Origin: Camelus dromedarius
Taxonomy: Eukaryota
Assembly: GCF_036321535.1 (NCBI RefSeq)
Contig: NC_087436.1
Span: 12,834,001-12,898,000 of the forward strand
Length of the DNA: 64,000 nt
Direction: 5' to 3'
The notes below the pieces were generated by a model, which was given only the letters and a program-made list of their open reading frames with translations, made no database searches and was not told the origin of the DNA. The position numbers and the translations under genes were made by a program. Of the stretch, positions 22,603-36,272 are shown piece after piece (within the stretch, counting starts at the first letter, position 1; the number at the start of each line of letters is the position of its first letter).

Positions 22603-25600
22603 GACTTATTTACTTCTCATACAACTGTTCTCCGTTGGCTGAGTTTAGAAACACCAAAGTCCTTCAATTCATTTAATTGGACAGTATGATGGGAAATGAG
22701 AACATTTTTAAAAGAGCTGTGTATCATCACTCTTCCTGTAAATTAATAAGGAGGCTGCACAGGCTCCCAAAGAATGTGTGAGGAAAAAAACAATTTTTAA
22801 TCCAGGCACAAAAAAATTGGACCCATTTACAAGGCACCCACTAACACTGTGAGCAAACTAAAGGTTTACCATAAATGATAAGTTTTCAGGTAATCCTGTA
22901 GTTCAGTTTTTAAAAAGGCCATTAAAATCAAGGATAACATTATGTTACCATGTGTTTATCTTTTCTTTCAGACATTAATCAGAGTAACAAAATTACAATT
23001 TATGACAAACACTCTGATAGACCAACATCAAAAAGAAAATGCTATCTTCTTTTTGCTGCCTTGACCACCTTTTATATTTTGTTCTCTATTAATATGTAAA
23101 AATGTTCAACAAATTCTAAACATTATTAAAATGACTAATAGATTACAGGTTCTTAAATCAAAGTCATTATTACAGTGAGTGGATACATATTTAACATTTT
23201 ATTTTATTTTTGTGATATATTTCATTCTATTGTTTATACAAACAATATTATTTTAACATTCGTGATGCCTTCAAACATCTATTCCAAGTAGAAGCCCAGG
23301 AACTAAATGTGGCCCATTTCCCGTCTTCATTTCCTATAAACCAACACATATCTCTCTCATCTTTTCATTGTTTTTTGCAATCAGGATGAACAATTCTTAC
23401 AAGAATCAATAGGGAAACCAGAGCCAACAACACAAATCCCAGCAGGGCTGCTGCTTTATAGCATTATCTGGGTTTTTTGGTTTTGGAAAGTGAAACATTC
23501 TCATTAAATTTTTAAAATGATTTTATTAAAAAGATAGCAAGTTACCCAGGTTTGGATCAGGAGAGCATGTTTTAAACAATGCTTTGAAGTGGACTCTTGA
23601 TATGATACGAGACTTACTAAATTTCTTTCCTCTCTGGGTAGCAGGGGTTACATTCCCAAATGCTTTTAACTCAAATTTATAGAAGCCAAGTATTGAGCTT
23701 AAATTAAGTAAAATAATTGATTGGATCTTTCCAGATATAAGTTCCATTCATTAGTAGCGAGACAAGACTGTACTTTAAGATTGCTTAATTTTCATCCTTC
23801 TAAGAAGAGTGCACACTGACTGAGAAAGCAAATATGTGTGCATGTGTATATTAATTAAAGTAAGATGCAAGAATACTTCCCTCCAAAATGTAACTGACAA
23901 AAGTCTATTTTAATCTCCAGACAGGGTTTAATTTTAGTGATGTCAGATTCTTACAGATTTAAAAAGACAATGTTAAGAAGACTAAAATTTTTTTTTCCTT
24001 TTGATATAACACTATCATATTGCTTTATTTTCAAGCACTGACATTACATCAACTAGCAATAGGACCATTATTTAATTTCCAGAAGTTTGTTAATTTTTAA
24101 AGTTTCTTCTAGCATATTCTAGAAGCTTGTACATTAAAGTGAAAATTCCTTTATTCTGCTCTGACAAGCATTCTTGCCATCGTCGGCAGAAACGTGGAAG
24201 GAAACTACTAGAATGGACATTCCATAAGAGCAGAAACTAAACATTCATTCAATGAATAGCTCTTGGGAGCCTCCTGTGTGACAGGTAGTGAGCTAGAGGC
24301 TTGGGATACACTGGTGAGCAAGACAATCCTGGGAGGCATTGGATAAAAAATTGCGAAGTCAATGAGTGAATGAGCCTCCATTGAAACAAGCCTCAGATGC
24401 CATCTCTGATAATCATTTATCTACTTTAATTCTTGAAACCACTAAGTTCTACAGATGATGACACTGAGGCTCAGAGAGGTTAAATCAACTACTCAAAGCA
24501 TCAGGTAGTAAGCATGTTACCAGGACTTGACCCACGTCTGTCTGACCCAACAGTCCACACTCTGTGCCCATTTCGCCATGTTGCTCAACAAAACGCAAAC
24601 ATGATAAATAGTGTACTTTTTGGTTTGTGGTTGAGACTCCCGTGTCTCAGACGGGCACAGTCATTCTTGGCCTTTATTTTCACCTACACTTTCCCTCTAA
24701 CATGCGGGTGTGTGTTGGGTATTCACATCTGTGTGAGAGGCACGGCTGATCAGTGATAAAGCCTGCGACTCTCTTTAATTCTATTTCTCGCTGGATATTT
24801 TTATAGAGTTATATTACAGCTATCCTAACACTTGAAAGTGCCTAATATTACAAAGAAAATTGCCATATTTTCAAAGAGAAGAAATACCTTTGCAGAGAAT
24901 CTGCTTGCCAAAATACTTAAATTTTTGAAAATGTTGATGCCATTGGTGGAGGAGGAAGGGAGTACTATTTGCTCAGTTACGTTTTCTGGTCAATAGTGCA
25001 GGGTTCTTCAAATTAGCTGATCCTCTTATGTAAGTCAAGGGCAGTCAATCAGTGACAGAGGAAACAGAGATAATCTGTCCTGTCCAGCTGCTCGCTGGCA
25101 AGAAGGACAGACTTGCTGGTACTGACTGTCCATGCATTCATTGGTGATACTTTTACAATTCATGACAGGCTCAGTTTGTAGTGCACAAGGCAGTCTGTGT
25201 TCATCAAATATTTATAGAGCACCTACTTTGTGGCAGGTAGCATGCTAGGAGCCAAGGATAGGTCCCCAAGATAGACAAGTGCCCTGTCCTCATGAAGCTT
25301 TGTGCCTAGACGGGGAAGACAGAAAATAAAAAATTACTTACAATACTATGTGCTGAACCTAAGACAGGGAAAGGTGAGGCTTTGGAAACAGTAATTTAGG
25401 GACCTAACCTCCTTCCAACAGAAAAATGACTTGAAAGGAAAAGGCTTTTGGACTTGAAACTTCGGGTTTGAACGACCGTTTGGTGTACATGAGACACTTG
25501 CACATGATAAGTATTTGACAAATACCTGTTGAGCTCGTTTACAAACATACCAATGAGTGAATGATTGAATGAATAACATGCAATACTGACTTTCTATGTC

Positions 25601-27090
25601 TAAATAGGCATAGGTTTTGAGAAATGATATTAAATCATTGTTAGTCTCTGTATTTTTTTAATCTTATTTTGAATTAGAGTTTGAGAACCACTATCAAACT
25701 AAATTTAAGGAGAAATTAACACTGAAGAGTTGGAGGCCAGCCTGCACCACAGCTTTGACGGGCAAGCCTGACACCAGTGTGGCAGTGACATCTGTAAGTG
25801 GTTAGCCATGTACAGCGGGGAAGCACTTTGCAGAGAAGAAGCGTAGGGTTAGCTCTGTTTCTTATGGAGAGTCTCCTTCTATTGACTGGGAAGATGTCAG
25901 TTTGCTTTTGTTAAGGAAGCAGATACGGAGATTGGCAATAAGGGGAAAATAGGACATTTTCTCCTTCAATCCAATGTCAGTCACAGGAGCTACAAAAAAG
26001 ACAGAGATGCGCTTCACATTAGACTCAAAGCCACAGAGGGTGTGATGAACATTGGTTGGAGTGCTGCTCCCTTCTCCTGGAATGACCTCTAAACTGCCAG
26101 TGTGCGGTCCTGTAGGTGTTGTGACATCCTGACCCTCCAGCCACAGGTGACTTAGTGGGGGTAGATCTCTTGCCCAGGCTAGCCCTATCAGCTTTTCTCC
26201 CCCAATTTAATGTTTGCAAGAGAAATTAGCAAAGGAAATAATCAGGTTGATTGGCCTGGTGTCGTATTCATGGCAGCCTTTTAGAGAGAAAGCCTACCAA
26301 CTTCAGCAGCAGAAGACACCCAAACTTCAAACCTTGATTATTTGATTCTTCCACCAAATCTGTGAGACACCTGATGTCTTTTTAAATAGTAAACCCTGCC
26401 CCGCCCCCAAATTATCTTTTGGTAAGTTTGGCTGAGATGGCTTCTGGGGTTTGCTGAATTAATTCAAGGGAAAATTAAGATCAAATGTTTAGAAATGAAA
26501 CTGACATTTTTATTTTAAAAAAAGCATAAATTGCACATTAGAAAGCTGTATTTTCAAACAATAAAATACAATAAATCACTTAAAGTTTTTATACATCAAG
26601 TATATAGTAAAACTCTGAGTATTTTATAACATTCATTTAAAAAATCTTTCACTGTTTAATAATAATTTCTTGAATTAACAGTTTTTTTCTGTAAAATATG
26701 ACCAGGATTAGGTTAATGACATCACCGACATATTTATAATTTCGAGTCTTCCTATCTAAGAATAAGGTATGTATTTTCATTGATTCAAACCTTTTAAAAT
26801 ATCTCTTAATTTTTTTATATGTCTTGCATATTTTTCACTTATTATTGTATAAATGAGATCTTTCCCCTTGTTGCATGTTTTAACTTCATATATGAAAGTT
26901 TATTTTTTTAAAACAGAATAAAGAGATCTCCTATACTGGTTAGTGAAAAAAATAGCCTAACTAATGAAGGGAGGTCTTCCTTAAAATTTGTACTATTGGT
27001 TTAATCCCAGAAGACTTAATAATATTTATATTAATAAGTTATTCACCCTGTATGCTTTTGGGCAAAAGCCTCCTACCCTTATGAAGAGCA

Positions 27091-27110
27091 GCAGTGACCC
27101 CTACTGGTTA
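27091..27110 (-). promoter_or_regulatory. Candidate CTCF site between FGB and PLRG1
   Basis: Minus strand TAACCAGTAGGGGTCACTGC resembles CCASYAGRKGGCRS; motif match only. Confidence 0.5.
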
Positions 27111-27895
27111 AATAAGGCAGCTCTGGGTGTCTGCCAGGACAGAAATTCTTAACATTTTCTGGGTCCTGGATTCTTTTCCAAATCAAAAGAAATCTAGAGA
27201 TCCCCTCACCAGAAAAAAATTCAAGTTCTTATGTAAATACAATATTCGCATAACATACAGGTAATTCATGGATCCCTGAGCTAGATAATAGGGTCACTGA
27301 GATCTATCTGAAAGTTTGAAGTGGATAATAAATTCACGTAGATTCAAAAGAGTTTTTACAAGGAGCATAAGCTGGTGCAACTTAATTCAATTATTATGAT
27401 GTTTTTACCAGCATGGCTTACAATATTTTTTCAGGATGATTAACTAACAAGTTAATAGGCCCAACTAGATAGTTATTATACTGCCATAGACCTATTAGAA
27501 TCATGCTTATATTTCTATCATTTTCTTGGTCTTTTAAATCATGTTCTTTGGTATAGTTATTTCCATCTATAGTAATGTATACTGTGAATTGTTTTCCAAG
27601 GTTTATGTTTTATATTATGGCATTTCCTTGCAAGGCCTACAATCAGTGGCCACTGTCACAAAAAAATCAGTTCTTAGGGCCAAACTGACACTCATATTCA
27701 GAGAAACTGTATTTTCAAATAGAAGCATGACCTTAATGGCTGAAATGAATTAAAAATTAATTTCTAAATGAGATTATCAATTCACATTGCTATATTTTTG
27801 ACAGATTTTTCCTCCTCTCGAAGTATAATGTGTAATAGAAAAGAACAAATCTTACTCCATGTTAGATCTATTCTTTTGGCTCTAACCCTATGCTC

Positions 27896-28337
27896 TGTTT
27901 CCTAGGCTCAGTCTTGCTGGTTCTGCACATTTTGTAAAAGAATGTCGCCTATAGCCTGAAATAGACAGGACAGCCCATTCTCAAGGCTCTGGCCTCTAAG
28001 GGTATTAGCACTTTTCCATTCATATAATAAGTTGCAGAATAGAAAATAACATTTGTTTTGTTGGAGATACACAGGGACACCATGATCTGACCCATGTGGA
28101 CAGTTGCCAGAACAAAGGTTTCCCACACCAAGAAGTCTGCAAAAACCACATCCCCTCCCCCTTTTTAGTATAAAAGGAGCCTGAATTCTGACTTGGAAGA
28201 TGGTTCTCTGGAACATTAGTCTGCATCTTCTTGCTCTGCGGGCTTTCCGAATAAAGTCCTTATTCCTTGCCCCAACACCTCGTCTCCCGATTTATTGGCC
28301 TGTCCTGCAGTGCAAAACAGGTTTGGACTCAGTAACA
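27896..28337 (+). mobile_element. Solo ERV LTR (~440 bp)
   Basis: TG...agtaaCA ends, TATAAAA 28169-28175, AATAAA 28250-28255, U5-like tail; TSD not resolved and left end approximate. Confidence 0.7.
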
Positions 28338-28904
28338 AATGCAGTGTGCTCTGGGGACAAGATCAGTGGACCTGGTTACAGTTAAAGAACAAGCAGAGCC
28401 AATAAAGTCCTTGTCTATTCAAGTCTGAAAATGTCCAACTCCATCAATTTTCCTTCTCGGGAGGAGGAATAGCTAGGCATGACTGATCACAAACTGGATT
28501 TTACCTGGGTATAAAACAAAATGCCAATACTTTGGCACCAGGATGTATATAAATAGAAATGGCTTAAGTCTTGTGTCTTTCTTCCACCAGCTTTAAAAAG
28601 CTGTACCCTGGGACTGCTGAAGCCATATTAATCAGCAGATTAACCAGGACATGGCCAGAAGTTATGCCATTTTGAGAGATTAGCAAAAAAAAGGGGAAAA
28701 AAAGGAAAAAAAAACCTATGTCAGCAGAAGATAAATTTGAGATTTTGCCACATGCTGTTAAAAGAAAAAACTCTTTTGCAAACTTTCTCAAATTGAAACT
28801 CTTCCGCAATATTCAACAAGTGTTTACTGGACAGTGTAAGCGGAATTGTTTTGGGGTGCCACAGCTACAAGGATATCTCAACACTTCCAGCCAAACTGAA
28901 CCAA

Positions 28905-29710
28905 AGTAGCGGAATCAGGTGACATGACTCAAGGCGGCGGCACCCGAAGGCGGCGGGGTGTGAGAGCCACGGCGCTCTCTCCCGATCCTCCCTAGAAAGA
29001 TTACCTAGGTTATCTAAAGAAAAAGCATTAACCCTCCAGGAAATACAGCACAACAACCATGTCCCTGAGCCAAAATATTTAAGGCTGAGAGTAAAGTAGA
29101 CAACTTTATCATCTCAAGACTTCCCCAGAAGCGGGGGAAACCTTCAGCCGCGCGACTCCACCAGCTTCCACCCGGCAGTCCCAAAACCCCGCCCCAGAGG
29201 CGGCCCCGGAGAGAAAGGCCCGCCCCCTGGCCCTTGGAGGCGGGCGGGTTACCAGCGCGCATGCGCAGCTTTACGTCACGTCCGGCGCCAAGGCGTCCAA
29301 TTCCGGAAGAAGCTGCACAGTGTGGCGGCGGTTTCTGTGTTGCTGATTAGTGTTTCTTCCTTGCCGGAGCGAGTGGGTAGACGGCGGCGTCATGGTCGAG
29401 GTAAAGTGACAGTTGAGTGCTCAGGGACCTTCTGCTTCTGGACTGTTTTTCTTTGGCGGCTGGCTTGGGGGATCGAGGGTGTTGGGAGTCTGGGGAGAGA
29501 AGCGGCTGCGAGCGGAGACTGGCCGAGGCCGGGTAGTCTCTTTTAAGGTTTTCAGGGAAGGAGAGAAGCCGGATGAGAGCTCGCGTTGGAGGTTGTGTCC
29601 GGGCTGGAAGCCTGAGATAATTTCTCCAGTTTTTGTTTGGCCCCTGGGCGCTGCCCTCCGAGGCGGGCCTTCGGGCGATGTTCGACCGCTTGTACTCGCA
29701 GCCTGCTGAG
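28905..29710 (+). promoter_or_regulatory. PLRG1: PLRG1 CpG-island promoter
   Basis: High CpG density; GC boxes; NRF1 GCGCATGCGC 29257-29266; CRE-like TTACGTCA 29271-29278; ETS TTCCGGAA 29301-29308. Confidence 0.9.
29392..29400 (+). CDS. PLRG1: Pleiotropic regulator 1 (Prp46 homolog) exon 1
   Basis: gtcATG GTC GAG|gtaaag (MVE). Confidence 0.92.
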
Positions 29711-29849
29711 TAGAGTCAGTGATTCTGTGTCCTAAAAGACTGGCGGCCTTTCTGTGGTCTTCAGTTTCTCTCCCAGCTCTTCCCAGGGAAAACCTGCCAT
29801 TCTTGAGTTTTTGCTTTTTCTATGGCTTGAACAACCGTTCTCCTAGCGA

Positions 29850-30560
29850 GCCTTGTTCGTCTTATCTGAGAAATCTTTGACTCTTGCCCAGGACCACTGC
29901 CATCATCTGAATTCAATCCACATCATCTTCCACCTGCTCTGATGCGTTAGCTCTTGGGTGATCTTTTTGCTTCCTTTTTTGTCACCTTCCCCCACCCCCA
30001 GTAAGTGATTTGTTTAAAACGTTAAGTTGATAAGGTTTTTCTTGCTTAAAACCCTTTAGTGGCCCCATGTAACTAGAGCAGAGATGCAGACCGTTGCAGT
30101 GGTATATTAAAAAAAAAAAAATCTGGACTTTGTCTCTTCTTGCAACCTCATCTTGCATCACAACCCACCATCTCCCCAAACATATACAACAACATATACA
30201 GTGCTGCAGCTTCTGGCATTATTTCAGCTACTGAACACCTTTGTACTTGCCATTTTCTCTCTACCTGGATTTTTCTTAGTCTATTTTGTGCAAGGCTAAC
30301 TCCCTTCTGCTTAAATACACCTCAGAGAGATCTTTCCTACCCACCCTGAGTTCTTTCTCTGATCTCTTTTTCGGCATCCTGCTTGTTTCCTTCATAGCAT
30401 TATCAAAATGTGGAGTTACTTTTCTTATTTTTATTCGTCTCTTTCCTCTTGAGCACAGAGACCAAGGCTGGCTTTTCATCATTTTGTTGTTAGCTTCTAG
30501 CACAATACCTGCCAGACAATTAGCAGAAGCTCAGTAATTATTTATTGAATAAGTGACTAA
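29850..30560 (-). mobile_element. L2 LINE remnant in PLRG1 intron 1
   Basis: ...ctagcacaatacctg...gctcagtaattatttattgaataagtga L2 terminus. Confidence 0.55.
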
Positions 30561-30781
30561 TCTCAGGCATCACTCAGTTGGTATACCTGGGGCTCTGGCC
30601 CAAGGGGAGCTTCCTCCTCTTCTCTGAACTTGACTCCTGTAGCTTGCTACAAATAGCTGTGGTGAGTGGTACAAAACTCTTTACATATTTATACATGTAA
30701 AGTATAACTAATTTGACTTTAATGTAGGTTATGGTATGTGTAATTTGTAGCTGGATATGTAATTACACTCTTTCTTTCTAG

Positions 30782-30888
30782 GAGGTACAGAAACATTCTG
30801 TGCACACACTTGTGTTCAGGTCATTGAAGAGGACACATGATATGTTTGTGGCTGATAATGGAAAGCCTGTGCCTTTGGATGAGGAGAG
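30782..30888 (+). CDS. PLRG1: PLRG1 exon 2
   Basis: ctag|GAG...AG|gtagga; [35 protein letters not shown]. Confidence 0.96.
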
Positions 30889-31911
30889 GTAGGAATAGTT
30901 CCTTTTCAATTGCTAGAATATTTGAACTTCTGATACTGGGGCAAGAGAGCAGGGAGAGGGGGACTTTAAAAGACTAGTAATACTAACTCATAGGATATCT
31001 ATTCAATATTGAGTGGTGTCTGGGCATAATTTAAGCTGATTTAACTTTTTTTGGCCTTATCTTTTACAATGAAAATCCCATTAATTAATTGCATTTTACA
31101 AGTACCCAGTAAGTAGGAGAGTCCCTTTTAGGTGTTATATTTTATAATCAATCACTTTGTATGTGCTTTCAGCTTCCTGCTGCTCTCAGAGCCTTGCTGA
31201 GCTGAAATTGTACCTGGCCAGTACCTCTACTCCCATCTTTTCTCGTTAGTATGATGAAGATTTTTGAGTGGTGGCATATTTTTGGTTCTACATCTCCAGC
31301 TCCAGTCTGGGATTGCATTATGTGCAGTGGTCCTTCTTTGTCCTTCACCTTTCTTTAAAAATCTACCTAATTCCTCAAATAAGCATTTATATTTAATTTA
31401 TAAAGTGGGCTATCCTTAAAAGTAACATAATAAGTGCATTTCTCTTTAAAATATTTAACTAAGTACTCGGATAAGTTCTAACTAATCTTTTTAGATATAT
31501 CCAGGAAAGGTTACTATAGAAATTTTTACTTTATTTTTATATTTAGACTTTTGAAGGAAAGTATATTGGCTTTGAAGTTTTTTAAAAGATATATTAGTTT
31601 CTATATATTTTAAAATCAGACACTTGATAAATCAACATGAAAGGTTTTATATAATTGGTTAACAAACTAAAATAGTACTTAGACTTAATGGATGCTGTGT
31701 GGTAGATTATGAATGAAAGTGTGGAAATGCACTTGGAAATTTTTTTAAATATTGTTTAACTTTAAAATTGTAATAGAAACTTTTTCTACATGATTAGGCA
31801 AACCTAAGCTATTTAAAAACTTGTGTCCTGGCTATCTGTGAATATATTGACATGGGTGAATATATTTAGAGTTCTCAAAGATACATTTTTATGTTTATAA
31901 TTTTTAAATAG

Positions 31912-32054
31912 TCACAAACGAAAAATGGCAATCAAGCTGCGTAATGAGTATGGTCCTGTGTTGCATATGCCTACTTCAAAAGAAAATTTTAAAGAGAAAG
32001 GCCCTCAGAATGCATCAGATTCATATGGACACAAACAGTATCCTGCCAATCAAG
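31912..32054 (+). CDS. PLRG1: PLRG1 exon 3
   Basis: atag|T...G|gtgaga; [24 protein letters not shown]...YPANQ. Confidence 0.96.
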
Positions 32055-32758
32055 GTGAGAATAATATTGTCAGAAATGTCACGATGTACATGTGAATTTT
32101 GAAAATAGAAAAATGGAATATCTCATTGGTGCTCCTCCTGGAAAGACTTCTTTGATCCACACCCTATTTACCAGCTATCCAGGTATCATAATGACAGTCT
32201 TGATTTCCTCATTGGAGTAGAGAGTGAGGTTACTGGTTGATGGATTTTTTTTTCCCTTGTAGGGAATTTTAAAACGGTGCTATAATGATGGCAGAAATTC
32301 TTAGGATATGGAGACAGTCGTAATGGAGACTAAAGGAAAAACTTCTAACCTTTGGGGAGACCTTCTGTCTATTTTCACTGTAATTCAGAAAGGTGATATC
32401 AAGTATTGAAATTGTAAGGAATAAAGATAATCCAAAATTCCACAGGAAAACCATTTTCTTGGAAGAATAACCATAGTGGTTTATTACTTGATAGGATGAC
32501 CTCTCTACACACCATTGCAATGTAGCAAATGTACAAGCTTTCTCGACATCACATTGGCAAATGGTCAGGGAAACAGCTGTGTCCATGGTCTTCAGAAGGC
32601 AAAACAAAAATGATCAACTTGCCTTTTTTATGAGGATTGGGTTTAATTTGGGAAATCCAGTTGATAATTTAATATTATTTAATCCATTAAAAGAGATGAT
32701 ACTTATATATAAGGTAGTTTTACCATTGATGAGTTTTCTCTCTGTCTTTTTCTAATAG

Positions 32759-32812
32759 GACAAGAAGTTGAATATTTGGTGACAGGTACACATCCATATC
32801 CACCAGGACCTG
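32759..32812 (+). CDS. PLRG1: PLRG1 exon 4
   Basis: atag|GA...G|gtaagt; [17 protein letters not shown]. Confidence 0.95.
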
Positions 32813-33674
32813 GTAAGTGAGCTGTTAACAATTGTCTTGTTGTTACATGTATTTCCATGAATGAGCCAACGGTGTGATTCCCATTACCTGTAAAATAATA
32901 AAGCTCAATAACCAGGCATCCAGGCTTAGTTTCTTAGGTGATAATTAACTAATACTTAATGTCACATGCATTCATTCAGCACACATTCTTAAGCGTTTTT
33001 TTTTTTTCAGGCACTTTGGTAGGAATTCAAAGATGGTAAGACTGTTCCAAGCTAAGACAAATTTTTTATCTGGAGGCTTAGCCAAGACACATAAATATCA
33101 CTAAGCTTATAAACATGTCAGAAGTGTTAGTAGAGAAGCAGGTATGATGGAAATGTGTCCTGGGCATGTTGTATGTACAGAGGAATTGGCACACAAGTGG
33201 AGTGGCCAGGATAATAGTAATAGGGTGGAGGGCAAAAAGCTTGGTATATCCGGGTTCTAGTAATTTTGGAGGACAGGATTCACTGTATTAGAAGTTCAAA
33301 TAAATTGGTACTTTTTGTAGTAATTTTCATTCACCCTTGGAAATATTCTAACTAATGTATTTAGGGGACAGCTTAATTTTTATATTTGAAGATAATATTC
33401 TAAGATAATAGAAATTGAACTTTACTATCTTGGACTGTGTAATACCAAACTGTTTTGATTAACTCAAATCTGAGATGTGTGTTGGGCAATATTTATTATA
33501 AAAAAGTTGGAAACAAAAGACCTTCAAAATAAAAATTTTTGTAGTATCACCACATGGTGATAATGACTATTACCTTTTTTGATATGTTTTCCTTCAGCGC
33601 TTTTTTGTAAATGCATGTAAATGAAAACAGAGATCATTACTAAAAGGAGTTAATTTTCTTTTTTAATTTAACAG

Positions 33675-33768
33675 GGGTTGCTTTGACAGCAGACACTAAG
33701 GTCCAGAGAATGCCAAGTGAGTCAGCCGCACAGTCCTTAGCTGTGGCCTTACCTACTTCTCAGACCAG
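33675..33768 (+). CDS. PLRG1: PLRG1 exon 5
   Basis: acag|GG...AG|gtagga; [30 protein letters not shown]. Confidence 0.95.
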
Positions 33769-33975
33769 GTAGGAAATATCACGCTTCTGTTTACAAAGGT
33801 TTTGAAAGCATAGTTTATTGTTCACATTTTTTCTCATTTTAAAATTGTGTTCCTTTGTAATTATGGATTACATGACACTTTACCAGTGCTTACAAAAATG
33901 TGTAAAGAGTCAGTTCTGCAGAGCACATGACTAGAGGCATTAGTTACTTCAAATATGATGTTTCTTTTGCCTCAG

Positions 33976-34057
33976 GGGTGATACAAATCGCAGTGCACCC
34001 GCCGGAGGTGAATACCGACATCCTGGGGCTTCCGACCGCGCACAGCCTGCAGGGGCA
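33976..34057 (+). CDS. PLRG1: PLRG1 exon 6
   Basis: tcag|G...GCA|gtaagt; [27 protein letters not shown]. Confidence 0.92.
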
Positions 34058-35404
34058 GTAAGTTTCCCTGTGCCAAATCACATCACGCTGCAGGTTGCTC
34101 ACTTTTGGAACATGTTGCCTGTGTCCGTTTATCCCAAGATTCTTACCTTAAATATTAAATAAATGAACATTTTCCTTGGTATTATTCAAGTAAATATCAG
34201 CCTAAGGTAATTGTTAATATGTCATAGCCCTAAAATTTAAGTTGCTAGTGAATTGATATATTTTCTAGAATTTAAAATTCTCTTAATTCTATTTTTGCTT
34301 GCACATTGGACATAATATTTATTTTGATGAAAATAATAGGATGTTGCTCTTTATTACCCACTATTAAAAATACAGGGAATGTTACTCAGAAACTTGTATT
34401 AGTATGTATTAGGTATAAAAGTCTTTTTTACTAAACTCTAAGTTGGTTTATACAGTTAGAGTTGAGTGCTATTAGTATCGTAATATTCGCAAGCTATGCA
34501 ATTAGTGCCTTATAAATGAGCATTTAGTAATGCATAAATTCATGTCTGTAAGTAAGTGGCGGCTACTGTTACTATTGCTGAAAGTATAGAAAGAATAACT
34601 GAAAATATGCAGTTTACTCGAAGTGCAGACTTTCCTTCCTCAGGTTAGTATGCAGTCACCTTATGAAGTGAGTGGATTGTAGTCCTGCCACGTTTCTTAA
34701 GCCTCCATTCGCAAGATCTGCCCAGGCTTGGGCTATGATGCAAACCTCTGGAGGGCAGGAGCTCTACGGGCTTTTCTGGATGGGTGGACAGGTGGCTGCC
34801 AACAGTAGACGGTTATATCGGCTCGGGTACCTTTTAAAATAGTACTTAGATATTCCTATGGGAGATAAATAGAAGGAACTCTCAGGCTGGCCTTTGTAAT
34901 ATTCAGTCAGTAATGTTAAAATATGACAGTGAGAGGCAGTGGCAGTAATCCAGTTACAGTTACTTAAGAGGACGAGCTTTCATGGAGCATTCACTCCTCT
35001 GTCAGTCTGCATAATGACTGTAGGAAGTAGGCGCTGTTACTTCTGTTTTACTAACAAGGCACAGAGATTACATAATTTTTACCCAAGGTCATTATTAGCT
35101 AGTAATTGGCAGAGCTGGGCTTTGGAGCCACGCACAGTGATAAGTGCTCTCAGTGCTAATGCTCTGCCTCCCTGAGATTTTTTTAAATTGATTTTTAAAA
35201 TTAAAATGAACATACAGAAAATACTGTTCTAATTAGAAGTCTTAGACTCATTTTCTAGGTATGCAAGTATTTTTCAGCTGTCCTTTCCTCTTTTAAGGAA
35301 AAAAACCTTCATAAATCCCTTCTTTGAATTTCCACTTTTGAACTGATAACAGGAGACCTTAGGTATGATCACTTTAATGTTAATGCAATCTGTTCCATAT
35401 CTAG

Positions 35405-35506
35405 GTTGTTATGGAAGGTGGCAATGCCAAGAACTCCGCCCTGATGGCTAAAAAAGCCCCTACAATGCCAAAACCCCAGTGGCACCCGCCATGGAAGCTC
35501 TACCGG
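35405..35506 (+). CDS. PLRG1: PLRG1 exon 7
   Basis: ctag|GTT...CGG|gtgagt; [34 protein letters not shown]. Confidence 0.95.
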
Positions 35507-36179
35507 GTGAGTGAATATGTATATTATTCCACTGCATGAAACATGATCACTGCTTTCCAGTTAAACAAGAGCGGAGAAATCGAATAAGGAGGAAAAGGAG
35601 TGAATATGAGAGCTGGAGAGCAATCTAGGTGGGATGGGGAAAGGGGCTTTAGCACTATCTTAAAAGATATTTTGCGAAAGAGACTTCAGTAAGTGGAAGC
35701 TATATTTGTATTCTGTGCAAAATGTTGGTAGACGGCTACTCCAGAGCAGATAAGATAAACTTAGGAAAGTTTGTGAGATGTTCTATATAAAGGCCAAGGG
35801 GACATTTCTTTGGCCCTACCAATTATCTTTTTAATTCTAGTAAATTAAAATGATTCAAAGTCATTTAGATTTACTAGATCTAAAATAAAATGTCTATAGT
35901 AGGAAAAGTGCAGCTATATAAATTATCACTCAATAAAACAGACTGTGAATTCATCCAGGTTGCACGTGTTAACACATGCCTTTTTGTTGCTGAGTCATAG
36001 TGTGTTGTAAGGATACACCACAGTTTGTGTATCCATTCACACATTGAAGATAATTTAGTACTTACTCTAAAATCTAATGGGGAGATAATCTCATAAACTT
36101 ATCATTTGAAGATGTGGGGGAGCAGTTCATACTGATTAAACTTTAGCCTGTGTGTGATGAGCCTGCCCTTTTAACACAG

Positions 36180-36272
36180 GTGATCAGTGGGCATCTTGGC
36201 TGGGTTCGATGCATTGCCGTGGAACCTGGAAATCAGTGGTTTGTTACTGGATCTGCTGACAGAACTATAAAG
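36180..36272 (+). CDS. PLRG1: PLRG1 exon 8 (WD40)
   Basis: acag|GTG...AAG|gtaata; [31 protein letters not shown]. Confidence 0.97.

Noticed and set aside
33976..34057. Small indels in PLRG1 exons 5-6 relative to human (513 vs 514 aa)
   Set aside because: In-frame changes in the variable N-terminal linker; ordinary divergence
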